Of a stretch of DNA of 64,000 nt, positions 13,971 to 27,210 are shown in pieces. Source of the stretch: Octopus sinensis (lineage: Eukaryota); assembly GCF_006345805.1 (NCBI RefSeq), contig NC_043022.1:24118001-24182000 (forward strand), read 5' to 3'. Position numbers and translations under genes: made by a program. The notes beneath the pieces are model-generated. The model was not told the origin of the DNA. It worked only from the letters and a program-made list of their open reading frames with translations, and made no database searches. Each line of letters opens with the position of its first letter. Positions within the stretch are counted from its first letter, which is position 1.

Positions 13971-15049
13971 ACACTCGAACTAGTAACTCGACGCTAGTAA
14001 CTGCCATGCTATGTATTTTATATATATATAAAATATGCTTCTTTCAGTTTCCATCTACAAAATCCACTCACAAGTCTTTAGTCAGTTTGTGGCTATAGTA
14101 GAAGACATTTGCCCAAGTGCCACACAGTGGGAGTGAACCTGGAACCATGTGGTTGTGGAGCAAGCGTCTTATCACTCGGCCAAGCCTGTGCCTACAAAGG
14201 CGTTTCTATATGTCAGTGTGTCCGTGAATATATTCACACCCATAAATACATTCAACTGGTGCACACATGCATATTTATAAATACAACACAGCGACATTTG
14301 CACAAACAGTATGCGTATAGAATGTTCAGAGTTAAAAAGGAATGTGCAAATGTATGCATTAATTTGGGCCACTGTGTGTGTGTGTGTGTGTGTGTGTGTT
14401 GACAGGAATTTGAGGAGCAGTATTGCTATGTTAGTAATAGCTATACTATTTCATAGCTGACACACCAGTCTATAACAGTTGATGTGAACAAGATAGGTTG
14501 GCTAGAGACTAGGGAATGATTAGAATCAGTTAATTAATTTTAAGATTAAATTGATTATTAACATGGTGTTTATGATGTCCTAACACAGCGGCATAGTTTT
14601 TTTAAATGATTATATATAACATATATACACCCGCTATTTCATATGTATGTACACTGTTCAAAAAACAATCCGACTTAGTTGTTGTGTTAAGACTAATTAT
14701 ATACACGTGTGTGTATGTGTATATACATGCAAACATGTTTTTTTTTATTTATTATTCTTTTACTTGTTTCAGTCATTGTGGCCATGCTGGAATACTGCCT
14801 TGAATTTTAGGTTGAACAAATCAACTCCAGTAATTATCTTTATTTGTGTTTTTAGGTGTGGTCCTTATTGTATCAGTCTCTTTTGCTGAACTGCCAAGTT
14901 ATGGTGATGTAAAAACACCTGCACCACTGATGGTCAAGCAGTAATGGGAACAAACACAAACACAAAGATACATACACAGATCTATCTATCTATATATATA
15001 TATATATATTATATATATATATATATATACACATACACACATGAGCAAA

Positions 15050-15401
15050 ACGCCCCCTCATCCAATGGACGGTGCTGAGTCGTCAAACATTTAAACCAAA
15101 TTTTCTCAAAACAACTTGTCCGACCGTCTCATAGGCCTCCCCTTTGAGAAACACTGATTTAACCTAAATTTGAGACACCAGCAAAAGAAGAAATAAAGCT
15201 AGACTTTTTTTTCTATTCCAAAGAAAAACGATTTTACGGCTTTATTGATCGCATTCTCACCTGGAATTGATTTTTGTAATTTTTTCATGACTTATACACG
15301 CCCTGATACCGTCGGTATCTACATATAAATTTTAGTGCAATCGGATGAAGGATGCCCGAGATCCTAGAAGACACACACACACACACAGACAGACAGAATG
15401 G

Positions 15402-15410
<9 letters not shown>
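15050..15410 (-). mobile_element. Helitron-like element, longer fragment
   Basis: Reverse complement of 15260-15410 matches 399-550. Confidence 0.5.
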
Positions 15411-15449
<39 letters not shown>

Positions 15450-16274
15450 TGATAGGTTTCTTTCAGTTTCCCTCTGACAAATTCACTCATGTATGTTTGT
15501 GTGTGTATATATATATATGTGTGTTTCTGTATAAGTATAAATACATATATAAATTCGTCAAAGTATATGTATATAAATACGCATGCACATGTGTGTGTGT
15601 GTGTGAGTGAGTGTGTATATATATATATAGAAAGTGGAGTCGAGCCAGGTTGTCGAAGAGTAACAAAAATTCTGACAGCTCAAGAAATAAATATAAAAAA
15701 GCATAAATAGCAGTTTCTTCTGTGTTTGCAAAAGGCTACAATGGATGTTATGCAGCAAAAATCCCCACCACGACGACCACCACCACCAAACACACAGAGT
15801 TTAAGCCAACCTGATATTGTCGTCTCATGTTTAAACTGATTACATAGACTAATAAAGCATTCTGAATGACCCAACGATGTAAGAAATTCAAGCAGAACAA
15901 GCATTTAAACAGACAACATGTAACATAATGTATATCACAATGACACAGGGAAGTTATAATGTTACAAATACGGTCTTTAGATCAGCCTGTATGTTCATTT
16001 AATCTGTGGATTATACGACAAAAAGGTCAATTGAAACGCTGTATTTAGATGAACCAGATGTAATTGGTTAACAATATTGTGTTTAGGACTAACATGATAC
16101 CATGGTACAAGTGCTCAGGCCAACCACTTCTGCATACAAGTAGTGCCAAGATATAGAATGGCAAATGGCCTTCCCCCCGCCCTGCCGCCCACTTTTTTGT
16201 GTGTAAACGAGTGAATTACAAATCCAAGATACAACTGTGTTGAGACAAATAAGGAAGCTTGAATTTACAAAATC

Positions 16275-16324
<50 letters not shown>

Positions 16325-16362
16325 ACATACATACACACACACACTATATATACAACATACAT

Positions 16363-16407
<45 letters not shown>

Positions 16408-16735
16408 AACACATGTGGAGGCACATGACTAAGTGACTAGGCTTGATAGGAACTAGCAAGGCCAGGGCCCACACCAAGTGCCAATTTGGCTTGGTTTCTA
16501 CAGCCAGATGCCTTTCCTAATACCAACCACTCAGAATGTACTCATAAGGAATTACACACACACACACACTTCTACATGATGACCAAAATGAATAATAATA
16601 ATAATAGTTTCAAATTTTGGCACAAGGACAGCAATTTTGGGGTAGAGGATAAGTCAATTAACATGGAGCTCGGTACCCAACACATACTTATTTCACTGAA
16701 CCTGAAAGGATGAAAAGGCAAAGTTCACCACGGTG

Positions 16736-17137
16736 GTTAGTTAGTTAGTTAGTTAATTTTTGGCTCAAAAAGCAAGGCCATGTAGAGGGACATGGAGTTA
16801 TGTACAGGGTGGTGTTCATGTAAAGAGTTCAGGCCACTTGAGGTCAAGGGAGCTTTTGAACAAAGCGGTCGTCGGCATCTTGTTCCACGGATCCGCAACC
16901 CGGACGTAGAAAGCCCCTCTCCTTCGATTGAGATGAAATCGTCGCAGATATAACTTTTCGGAATGACCCTGCAGCCGACGCTCTGGAGCAGGAGTGAAGA
17001 ACAGCTCTTTCGAGAGGTTACACTTTCCGCTTATGATGTTATGAGCGAGAATGAGACCACCACAGCGGCGGCGTTTTTCTAGAGAATAAAGGTCGAGCGT
17101 CTTCAGCCTTTCTTCATAAGACAAATTCTTGATGTTT
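16736..17137 (-). mobile_element. CR1-clade LINE, 5'-truncated: ORF2 C-terminus plus 3' UTR and (TAAC)n tail
   Basis: ORF 16816..17124 reads SYEERLKTLDLYSLEKRR...GHSEKL...RV.DPWNK...FKSSLD, the typical CR1 ORF2 end; tandem-repeat tail; splits an older B-type SINE (16600-16735 and 17138-17215). Confidence 0.9.
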
Positions 17138-17384
17138 GGTGTTTGAACTCAGAACATAAAGACAAACAAAAAATACCAAGCATTTTGCCCATCATGTTAA
17201 TGATTCTGCCAGCTTAATAACGATGACATAATACAAATGAAATGTCGAAATGTTTTGGTGTGTAACTTTTGGCCCACCCAGTACAATATTTTTTTTTTTC
17301 CTGGAGAGAAAAAAAGATGGACGAACCAGTCTATAGTTTCTATGCATCACTGATTGCTATCTTCAATCAGCCATGGAGAAACTG

Positions 17385-17606
17385 CTTATAATAAACCCAA
17401 ACTGTTACTAAGTCTAGCTCATTCCTGCTTCTAGTTCACAAAGGCTCTGTGTAATTGATTTCCATCCAGCCATGCCTGTGCCTATGCATCCATAAACACA
17501 CACACACTCACATATATACAAATACATAAATGTGTGTGGTGTGTGTGTATACACACACACAAATGTGTGTATATATATATATATATATACGAATGCATAC
17601 ACACAA

Positions 17607-17645
<39 letters not shown>

Positions 17646-17830
17646 CACACATAAGCATAGATGTATATATACATACATAAACACACACACACACACATAA
17701 ATATACATGGTTGTGGGTTCAGTCTCACTGCATGGCACCTTGGGCAAGTGTCTTCTGCTATAGCCTTGGGTCAACCAAAGCCTTGTGAGTGGATTTGGTA
17801 GACAGAAACTGAAAGAAGCCTCTTGTAAAT
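17385..17830 (+). mobile_element. SINE family A fragments with embedded microsatellite
   Basis: GGGTTCAGTCTCACTGCATGGCACCTTGGGCAAGTGTC...GAAACTGAAAGAAGCC at 17715-17820. Confidence 0.75.
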
Positions 17831-18213
17831 ATGTGTGTATGTATGTGTGGTGTGTGTATATATATATATATACATACATACATACATAAATGTGTGTGTA
17901 TATATATACACACACACACAAACGTACATATATATATATATATATTATATATATATATATACAAACACACAAATGTATGTATATATACATATACAAACAC
18001 ATAAATGTATGTATACATACATATACACACATAAATATATATATACATACACATATATATATATACACACACACACATCCATATGTATATATATATACAT
18101 AAACACACACACATATATTCTGTAGTACTGTCTAGCACTGAAACAAAACAACGCATCAGAAATTTATTATTAATGTGTAGAGGAAGTTAATTCAGAGTTC
18201 TAACAAACCAAAC

Positions 18214-18245
<32 letters not shown>

Positions 18246-18600
18246 CTGCTGCATCAAATTATTAATATATAGTCAGGCTTGAGTAAATCTATTGAACAGA
18301 CTATTTAAATGACGAGGCAAATTCGTTAAGTGAATTACTAATCTCATTAGCAGAGAAAGTGTCACAAGGGAAAAATAGATATTAGAAGTATTGATGTTAA
18401 ACAGAGAAATCAGCAATTGCATAGCTAGCTAGTGATAGTGAAAATCTTGTTGAAGCCTTTTAGGCTAAAGTATTTTAATTACAGAGAATTTCTGTTTTAA
18501 TTAATCTAAGTTAACCCTTAACTGGTGGACACCAATTGATGTTTCAGAAATCTCACATGGCGATGGCTGGCCATCATTAATTGATACCTGAGTGTCTACT

Positions 18601-18910
18601 GTGTTGTTGTTTGTGCCTTCTCGAGCCATGCCTGGCTCATAAGGGCCGGCTTCCCGGTTTCTTGGCGTATAGGTTCCCCACTTGGATGGGACGCCGGTCC
18701 GTCGCAGGTGAGCTGTAAGATGCAGGAAGAAAGAGTGAGAGAAAGTTGTTGCGAAAGTATCAGCAGAAGTTTCGCCATTACCTTCTGCCGAGCATGTGGA
18801 GCTTAGGTGTTTTTGCTCATAAACACACACATCGCCCGGTCTGAGATTCGAACCCGCGATCTTTCGATCATGTGCATGCTGCTCTAACCACTAGGTCATG
18901 TGCCTCCACA
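18601..18910 (-). mobile_element. tRNA-derived SINE family D
   Basis: Head GTGGAGGCACATGACCTAGTGGTTAGAGCAGC...GGGTTCGAATC (A and B boxes); homologous to 63417-63721; (CAA)n-like tail. Confidence 0.88.
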
Positions 18911-19589
18911 ACTTTATGAGTCCAAGGAACTTGAGAAGGATTCTTTATCCTATTTCTAATTTTTGGCATTAAGGCCAGCAGTTTTGTTGATCAATTCAAC
19001 CCTGGAAGGCTAAAAGATAAAGTTGACTACAGTGGAATTTGAACTTAGGAATGTGAAGAGCAAGAAGAAATACTACTAAGCATTTTGTCCAACCATTATA
19101 TTTTCAGAAGCATGAAACTAATTATAGCACATATTCAAATGCTTTTCTTTATTATTAATATTATTATACATATATATATATGGAAATTAGAAAGAGGGTA
19201 GAGGGCAAGAAGGAAAGGGTGGTGGGAGGAGCAGCTGTTTCAGCAGTGTGTTGGTAGTGACTATTATAAACTATAATAATAAAACACACATACACCACAC
19301 ACACAAAAGAAAGAACTGGCTGAGTGCCAGCTGTGAATGTAAGTGATGGCAGTGAAGCTTTTCACTCAACAATACCTACATAACACTCAAGGATAGGCAG
19401 GAGATGGGGATGGGTGGGTGAAATGCAAGGAGGAGGGGGGGGGCTGGCGTATTTAAGTGGGGTTAGATCAACAGACATGAATGAGCCCACCACCCATCTC
19501 ACTTGTTGCCAGCTGTAAAATATTTCAGATTGTAATACCCTCCCACCCCAGTCTTGGTTGTTTTAATACTCACTTATAGACACAATAGC

Positions 19590-20060
19590 CATACACACCT
19601 ATATACACAAACATATATATATTATATATACATACAATATATACATAGAGATATATACATACAATATATACATAATATATATATATATATACATAATATC
19701 ATACTACCATACATATATATATACATATATATACATACATATATATACATATATATATACATATACATATACATCATAAAAGATATACATATACATATTA
19801 CATAGATATACATATATATATATATACATACACACATATATATACAGATATACATATACATATTTACATAGATACATACATATATATATACACACACACA
19901 TATATATATATATACACATATATATATATATACACACACACATATATATATACATACACACACACACATATATATATACTCAGTCACACATAAAAATATA
20001 CATGCACACATACACACAGATACATATTCAGATATAAACATACTCACAGATGTATAGACA
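19590..20060. repeat. (TA)n/(CA)n compound microsatellite
   Basis: Directly visible. Confidence 0.95.
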
Positions 20061-20594
20061 AACACAAGCACACGTATAACATCTACAGGGGTATACTTAT
20101 GGAAGTAAATGTAAGTAAACAGATTTCAACAATGAACACAGCAATTGTCCAATTGGCTCAACTACCTTGTCACTGAATAACTATATAAGTGGCTGAGTAT
20201 ACTACAAGCATTTGTACCTTTATTGTAATCTTCAACCAGAAAGAACCAGCATGGCAGGTTGTGACAAAGCTAGAATCACAGGTGTAGTCTATCTGATGGG
20301 ATTCCTCACAGTTTCCATCTATCCAGTGTTAATTGTAAGACCAGGTTCAACCCTAGATTTATGGTAAAACTTAACTGAAATTCTACACAGCGGGGATCAA
20401 ACTTAGGACCTTTATATTAGCAAAATGGAATTCATAACTATATAGCCGCACATATTTATGTATGTATACATGCATCTATTTATACACCCAAGATATGCTA
20501 TGCATGTGTGTATATATATACACAGGGCAACAATCATTTACAAATATGCAATGTCAAGATGAGAAGATACAAACACACATATACATATGCAGAG

Positions 20595-20925
20595 ACCCCC
20601 TTTGGTCATGACTGACAGTGGGATTGCACCTAGAAAGTTACCCTCCCAGGCACAAGTCCGGGCAAGGTTATTTATGGAAGACCAGCAGTCACCCATGCAT
20701 ACCGGCCTCTCCTCCCCACGCCACCGATGTCATCCAAGGGAAAGGCAAGGCCGATACAGCTTGGCACCTGTGACATCGCAACTCATTTCTACAGCTGAGT
20801 GAACTGGAGGAACGTGAAATAAAGTGTCTTGCTCAAGAACACAACACGCAACCTGGTCCAGGATTCAAACTCACAACCTCATGGTCGTAAGTTTGGCGCT
20901 CTAACCACTGAGCCATGTGCCTTCA
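20595..20925 (-). mobile_element. tRNA-derived CORE-like SINE family E
   Basis: Head TGGCTCAGTGGTTAGAGCG...GAGTTTGAATCC, then GTGTTCTTGAGCAAGACACTT (CORE-like); a related fragment lies at ~47240-47390. Confidence 0.75.
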
Positions 20926-21511
20926 CTGTAGAACAAATATTATATTTATTTTTTATTTTATATTATCTAGTTTCAGCTCACGAGCTGTGGCCATGCTGGG
21001 GCACTGCCATTCGCTGTTGCTACATAATTTTACTTCACGAATGCTTTTTAGCAATTGCCATTTGGTGCATGAGAGAGTTTGATGCAGCTGCCCTCATCTG
21101 CACCTCTTGCCGTGAAGTTGATGTAAGTATGTATGTATGTATACAAAAACGCACACATACAAACACACATGGACATTATATATAGACACACACATACATG
21201 GCAAGCTTCTTTCAAAACCTGCCAACCAAATCCACTCACAGGGCTTTGTTTGGCCCAGGGCCATAGTAGAAAACCAAGGTGCCACGCAGTGAGACTGAAA
21301 TCAAAATCATGTGGTTGGGAAGCAACCTTCTCGCAGGATGGCCACACATGCACCACAGATATTAAGTCGATAAGAACAGACACCACACTTTGATCTTAGC
21401 CGAAACAACATTATTTCAACAAAACAGCAGAAGGGAAATGTTTTGCTTGAAAATCTTTTATTAAGAATAGTTGAAGCTAACCCACAGTGAGGTGACGGTG
21501 TGGCGAGGACC

Positions 21512-21770
21512 ATGTGTAGAAAACTCTTTGTCTCTAACAGTAATTTAACAAGGCACAAAAGAATGGATAGTTGAGGGAAAACACCGTGGGAAGCCTTTCA
21601 TTAAATAATTTGAAACTCAATACACATAGTCACAGAGAAGAGAATCTTTCTTCCATTGTAATGAAATATATGAGAAAGCATTTTATGATGAACAATTGTA
21701 TAAAAGCCAAACAAAGGACTACATGCAGGAGGACAACTGTATCTGTGGGAAAGATATGGGAGATCTTTTG
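21512..21770 (+). pseudogene. Decayed C2H2 zinc-finger array fragment
   Basis: 21515-21571 reads CRKLFVSNSNLTRHKRMDS* = C-x3-F-x5-L-x2-H-x3-(H->D, CAT->GAT); further remnants GKPF, FHCNEIYEKAF and CICGK in shifted frames, with stops. Confidence 0.55.
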
Positions 21771-22066
21771 TTGATGAGAATAATTTAAACAGACATAAAT
21801 GAAGACAGATAGAAAAATAGAAAAAAAACCTAGTAGTGTTGTGAAGTATGTTGGGAAGTTATTTATTTATTTATTTAGTTGTTAATAAATTGAGTGACTG
21901 TCCAGTGGGGAAAATAATTGAGAAAAGCAATAGACAGAAAGATAAAATTTCTAGGGTCAGAAATGAGCAACTGACTAAAAAAGGGGAGATAATTTGAAGA
22001 CGTAAAGGAGAGGAAATGTGTTTGGCTCTACAACGGAATTACAGCTATTTTAAAACTATGTATGTA

Positions 22067-22460
22067 GGGAGTGGCTGTGTGGTAAGTAGCTTGCTAACCA
22101 ACCACATGGTTCCGGGTTCAGTCCCACTGCGTGGCATCTTGGGCAAGTGTCTTCTACTATAGCCACGGGCCAACCAAAGCCTTATGAGTGGAGTTGGCAG
22201 ACGGAAACTGAAAGAAGCCCGTCGTATATATGTATATATATAATATGTATGTGTGTGTTTGTGTGTCTGTGTTTGGCCCCCTAGTATTGCTTGACAACCG
22301 ATGCTAGTGTGTTTACGTCCGCCGTCACTTAGTGGTTCGGCAAAAGAGACCGATAGAATAAGTACTGGGCTTACAAAGAATAAGATCTGGGGTCGATTTG
22401 TTTGACTAAAGGCGGTGCTCCAGCATGGCCGCAGTCAAATGACTGAAACAAGTAAAAGAG
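22067..22460 (+). mobile_element. SINE family A, full-length reference copy
   Basis: A box TGGCTGTGTGG, B box GGTTCAGTCCC, CORE-like GCATCTTGGGCAAGTGTC, tail CAGCATGGCCGCAGTCAAATGACTGAAACAAGTAAAAGAG. Confidence 0.93.
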
Positions 22461-22976
22461 AAAAAGAGAGTATGTATGAATGAATGTATGCATGCCTTGC
22501 AGATAAATTGGTAGACATTGTGCAAAGCCTGTGTTTGTGTACATACATACATTTAATGTTTCAGGCAGAAGGGGAAAAAACGAAATTGCTGAGCCACGGA
22601 TTGCAACATTTGTGACATTTCTTTGGTCAACAAATAGTCTAGTAGCTGTGTCTGTGCTTTCAAGGATGAGTAGAATAGAAGCTGCCTTGAAAAACTGTTA
22701 AGGATTAGCTACTGGAAGAGCATCCAGTTGTAAAACAATATCTCAATAACATGTCTAACTATGCTAGCATGGAAAAGTAGATACAAAATGAATGACCAAA
22801 CCAATCAACTAACCAACACACGCATACACACAGAATGGGCTCTCCTATTGATCTTGAGGTAATACTTTTATAGAAAAAGTAATAATAATCTTGTATACGT
22901 GTTTCTTGTAAGAATGAGCTCTACAACAGCAGAACACTACCCAGCACAAATGGTATGAGTGTAATGATGAAGTCTT

Positions 22977-23129
22977 AAAATTAACCACCCAGGCAATGGT
23001 TGAAGTTGAAATCAGAAGGAACAAGTCTCACTGGAACTTGGGGTAATCGCATACAACTAATTAACTCACCTGTCCTGATTTAATTTAGGTTAATAAAACA
23101 TAAATGGCTTCTAGATATTCTCTCGCAAA
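22977..23129. repeat. ~150-bp segment duplicated at 25131-25305
   Basis: AAAATTAACCACCCAGGCAATGGTTGAAGTTGAAATCAGAAGGAAC...CTAGATATTCTCTC shared; the second copy has ~23 extra nt. Confidence 0.9.
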
Positions 23130-24289
23130 CACACAAAAGGGGTACAAACATATACAACAGTATGTTTCCAAGAAACTAATACAAAAAAAATGGTGAATTA
23201 TAAACAATCACATCACCAAAAGCTACAAGATAATACATAGGTAATTAAAAACAATTTGAATAAATAAGCATCAAATTTGACAATATAACCTGAATGCTTA
23301 GCGCTCAGGGTTAAGAGAACTAAGAGGTACAGCACTCTCAGTGGTCTCACAGAATTCTAGACTACAACCCAGGATTTCTAGGTCCTCGTGCTTTTTGGTC
23401 CTTCGGTGTGTTCATCCCTCTCTTTGACAGGATTTATTTTTGTCCTGCTAGATTTCCTGCAACCCTCACTCATCAGGCTAGCATGGTGGACGTGACAGCT
23501 AACAAGGGGTAACATAAACAATCTTTCTGGGTTTACATTTTATGTGTGACATGTCATGTGTTTTACGTACGTTTTTCCATGCCTGCATGGGTTAGATGAA
23601 TATATTACTGAGGCGTTGTTTTACAGATGGACACCTCTCCTATTAATGATCCTTACCTGCTTTACATATACGGGATCTCTTATTCTACATGACTATCAAG
23701 GCACAAAATGAGGGGATAATTTGTTGGCAAAAGAACTGATAACAGCAATATAGCACTGCCTGTACATCAGAACTTTTGCAGGGGGGGGGGAGAGAGAGAG
23801 CAAAATGTAAATAGACACAGACACACAGAACCGACATTCTAAAACCAAGGTGCCACATAAAAAGCACCTAGTATACTCTGTGAAGTGGTTGGAACTCTAC
23901 CAGCTGTAGAAGCCAAGCCAAAACAAACTATAGAACTTGGTGTGGCCCTAGGCTAGGCTATGCCAGCTCCAGTCGAGCTGTCCATTCCATGCCAGCACAG
24001 AAAATAGCAATGAATGGCTATAAGTGGTTTGTCATTGAGTGCGTAAATGAACAGGTGACCGACTGGAATCAGTTTAGATCATGAGGTTTTATACATTTAA
24101 ACAGCTAAGTGGTAGGAATAGAGTTACTGGAATAGAGTGTATTGTAAGAAATAATCCCTTATTTCTTAAAATACGCTGTTTTGTAACAACTCAGCAATTA
24201 TGTTTAAATATATAAATTCTATGCTCCAAAAAGATACCAGTGTTTGCCTGTTCAGTCTATCATTCTTCCTACTGTGTAAGTACATTTGG

Positions 24290-24313
24290 ATGTGTGTGTG
24301 TGTGTATGTATAT

Positions 24314-24367
<54 letters not shown>

Positions 24368-24636
24368 CATATACATACATATACATACATATACAATATA
24401 CATATATATATATAATATACATACATATATATACATAATATATATATAATATATATACATATAATATATATATACATACATATATATACATATACATACA
24501 TATATACATATATACATATATATATGTATATATATATATATATATATATACATATATAATATATATATATTATATATATATGTATATATATAATATATAT
24601 ATACATATATATTATATATATATATATATATATTAG

Positions 24637-24721
<85 letters not shown>

Positions 24722-24739
24722 CTATATATATATATATAC

Positions 24740-24776
<37 letters not shown>
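24290..24776. repeat. (TA)n-rich microsatellite
   Basis: Directly visible. Confidence 0.97.
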
Positions 24777-24780
<4 letters not shown>

Positions 24781-24904
24781 ATTCTGTAGAAGAGCGTAGG
24801 CTCAAAACGTAAAAGACTTTTTCTATTCCTGAGCGTTATACTAATACATTCGTTTGTTTTGTACACCACCTGTCTTCGTCTTTTGTTTTTTTCGTAAACT
24901 CTCC

Positions 24905-24905
<1 letters not shown>
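24777..24905 (+). mobile_element. Repeat family G, copy 2 (inside a TA microsatellite)
   Basis: Homologous to other G copies; ends ...CGTAAACTCTCCC then (TA)n. Confidence 0.65.
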
Positions 24906-24943
<38 letters not shown>

Positions 24944-25374
24944 ATCCATATATACAGACACACACATGTATATGCAGACTGAAACGTAAGGACAGAAGGG
25001 TGTGTAGATGAATGGGGTGTCCTTCTTCTCGCTCTCTCTCTCTACGTGTGTGGAGGAGACAGGCTCAAAGGATCAAAACCTACACATAATAAAAAATTTC
25101 AAAACTAGACAAGAGATGCAGGGATTTCATAAAATTAACCACCCAGGCAATGGTTGAAGTTGAAATCAGAAGGAACTGTACAAGCTGGCAACACTAGACA
25201 CGTCTCACTAGAACTTGGGGTAATCACATACAACTAATTAACTCACCTGTCCTGATTTAATTTAGGTTAATGAAACATAAATGGCATCTAGATATTCTCT
25301 CACAAATATAAGAAATAGGTACATATATATACAACAAAGGCACTAAACTTACAGAATATGCATCAGCTACATCT

Positions 25375-25715
25375 CTATCTTTTGTTTCAGTTATTAGACT
25401 GTGGCCATGCTGGGGCACCACCTTGAAGTTGAATGAATCAACTCCCAGGACTTTATTAGTCTCTTTTTTTTTCCAATTTGCTAAATTATGGGAACATAAG
25501 CACAAAGACACACACATACAGATATATTCATACACACACACACAGATATATTCATACACACACACATACATAATGGACTTCTTTCAGTTTCTGCTCACCA
25601 AATCCACTTACAATAGCCAGAAGGTATACAAGTCACTTGCCCAAGGTCCCATGAAGTAGGCCTGAACCTGGAACCATGTGATTGGATAGTAAATTTCTTA
25701 CCACACAGCCATGCC
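25375..25715 (-). mobile_element. SINE family A, diverged
   Basis: Family tail and head in reverse orientation. Confidence 0.78.
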
Positions 25716-25976
25716 ATACCACACTAAAATAAACACTTGATAAGTGCATATATACACTCATATATCACACACATGCACAACTACACACAAGCACTAAATA
25801 TTGATGCAAGAACTGAATCTTTGTAGAGCCATTTGACCGCCAGAAACAGCAGCTAAGTTTCCCTCAAATCACATCCTTAACATCGAGGGAAAGGATATAG
25901 CTGTCGACTGGAATGTCTTTGATTGTAGAGGTGTGCCTGATCAAAGATGAGTAAGGGGCTAAACATCAATTATATA

Positions 25977-26208
25977 TATTTCTTTACTACCCACAAGGGG
26001 CTAAACACAGAGGGGACAAACAAGGACAGACAAAGGGATTAAGTCGATTACATCGACCCCAGTGCGAAACTGGTACTTTATTTATCGACCCTGAAAGGAT
26101 GAAAGGCAAAGTCGACCTCGGTGGAATTTGAACCCAGAACATAACGGCAGATGAAATACGGCTACGCATTTCGCCCGGTGTGCTAATGTTTCTGCCAGCT
26201 CGCTGCCT
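25977..26208 (-). mobile_element. SINE family B, full length
   Basis: Near-identical to other B copies. Confidence 0.92.
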
Positions 26209-26443
26209 TATCAATTATATATATACACAAACAACATGAACAAATGCATACACTAAGTATACAGACATACACCCCAATGTATTACGCAGCAATTTAGCAT
26301 GTGTGAGCACGAAGACAATTCTTATGTATATGCTACATTTATAAGCATACTGTAATGCTTATGTACATATAACTTAGAATAACTTAGAAAGGTTTTGGCC
26401 AGTGTTGGCCCAGGTCATGTCTAACTTAATAGCACCACCTGGC

Positions 26444-26450
26444 AAAAAAA
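26444..26450 (-). terminator. Pol III terminator (T7)
   Basis: TTTTTTT on the minus strand, 7 nt downstream of the tRNA 3' end. Confidence 0.75.
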
Positions 26451-26457
26451 CTGCTTT

Positions 26458-26530
26458 CGCCCACAGGGGGACACGAACCCACGATCCTCAGATTAAAAGT
26501 CTGATGCTCTACCGACTGAGCTATGCGGGC
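26458..26530 (-). tRNA. tRNA-Lys(UUU), atypical T-arm
   Basis: GCCCGCA-TA-GCTC-AGTCGGTA-GAGC-A-TCAGA-CTTTTAA-TCTGA-GGATC-GTGGG-TTCGTGT-CCCCC-TGTGGGC-G: 73 nt, intact acceptor, D and anticodon stems, anticodon TTT; A58->T and a T50:C64 mismatch. Confidence 0.85.
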
Positions 26531-26599
26531 GCAGCTGATAGATTGAAACTCTAAGTAGGCACTAACAATTCTGTTATGTTTATGGACATATAAGATACT

Positions 26600-26748
26600 C
26601 AGGGCCAGTTCAAGGTACCTGCAACTTGGGCAGTCGCTCGGGACACCAAAGAGGCTGTGACAAAGACCAGGAAATTTCCATGACTGTTAGTTTGTACATG
26701 GCAAAGTTCAGGTTGCCTGGGGCTCCAGCAACCCTAGGGCAGGCCCTG
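26600..26748. mobile_element. Old hAT-type MITE
   Basis: Ends CAGGGCCAG... / ...CAGGCCCTG; degenerate 8-bp TSD AAGATACT / TAGATTCT (6/8). Confidence 0.6.
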
Positions 26749-26819
26749 TAGATTCTTTATGTAGACAGTAACAGCACTAGTGATTTTAGACACATGTGTG
26801 TATATATATATATATATAT

Positions 26820-27210
26820 CTCATCATCATCGTTTAACGTCTGCTTTCCATGCTAGCATGGGTTGGACGATTTTGACTGAGGGCAGGCGAGCCAGATAGC
26901 TGCACCAGGCTCCAGTCTTGATCTGGCAGAGTTTCTACAGCTGGCTGCCCTTCCTAATGCCAACCACTCCGAGAGTGTAGTGGGTGCTTTTTACGTGCCA
27001 CTGGCATGGGGGCCAGTCGGGCAGTACTGGCAATGACCTCACTCAAATCTTTTTACACGTGCCAGTGAAGCGACGTTGGTAATGATCACGCTCGAATGGT
27101 GCCCTTGTACGTGCCACGGGTACGGAAGCCTGTTGGCTGCTCTGGCAATGATCATGCTTGGATGGTGCTCTTGGCACCCTACTAGCACAGGCATGAGTGC
27201 CAGTAAGGCG
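26820..27210 (-). mobile_element. RTE-like LINE 3' end (family C)
   Basis: (CAT)n tail, CCTTCCTAATGCCAACCACTCC block, internal repeats. Confidence 0.8.

Noticed and set aside
18830-18910. SINE heads as tRNA genes
   Set aside because: A/B boxes are present but there is no closed cloverleaf, and they continue into SINE bodies.
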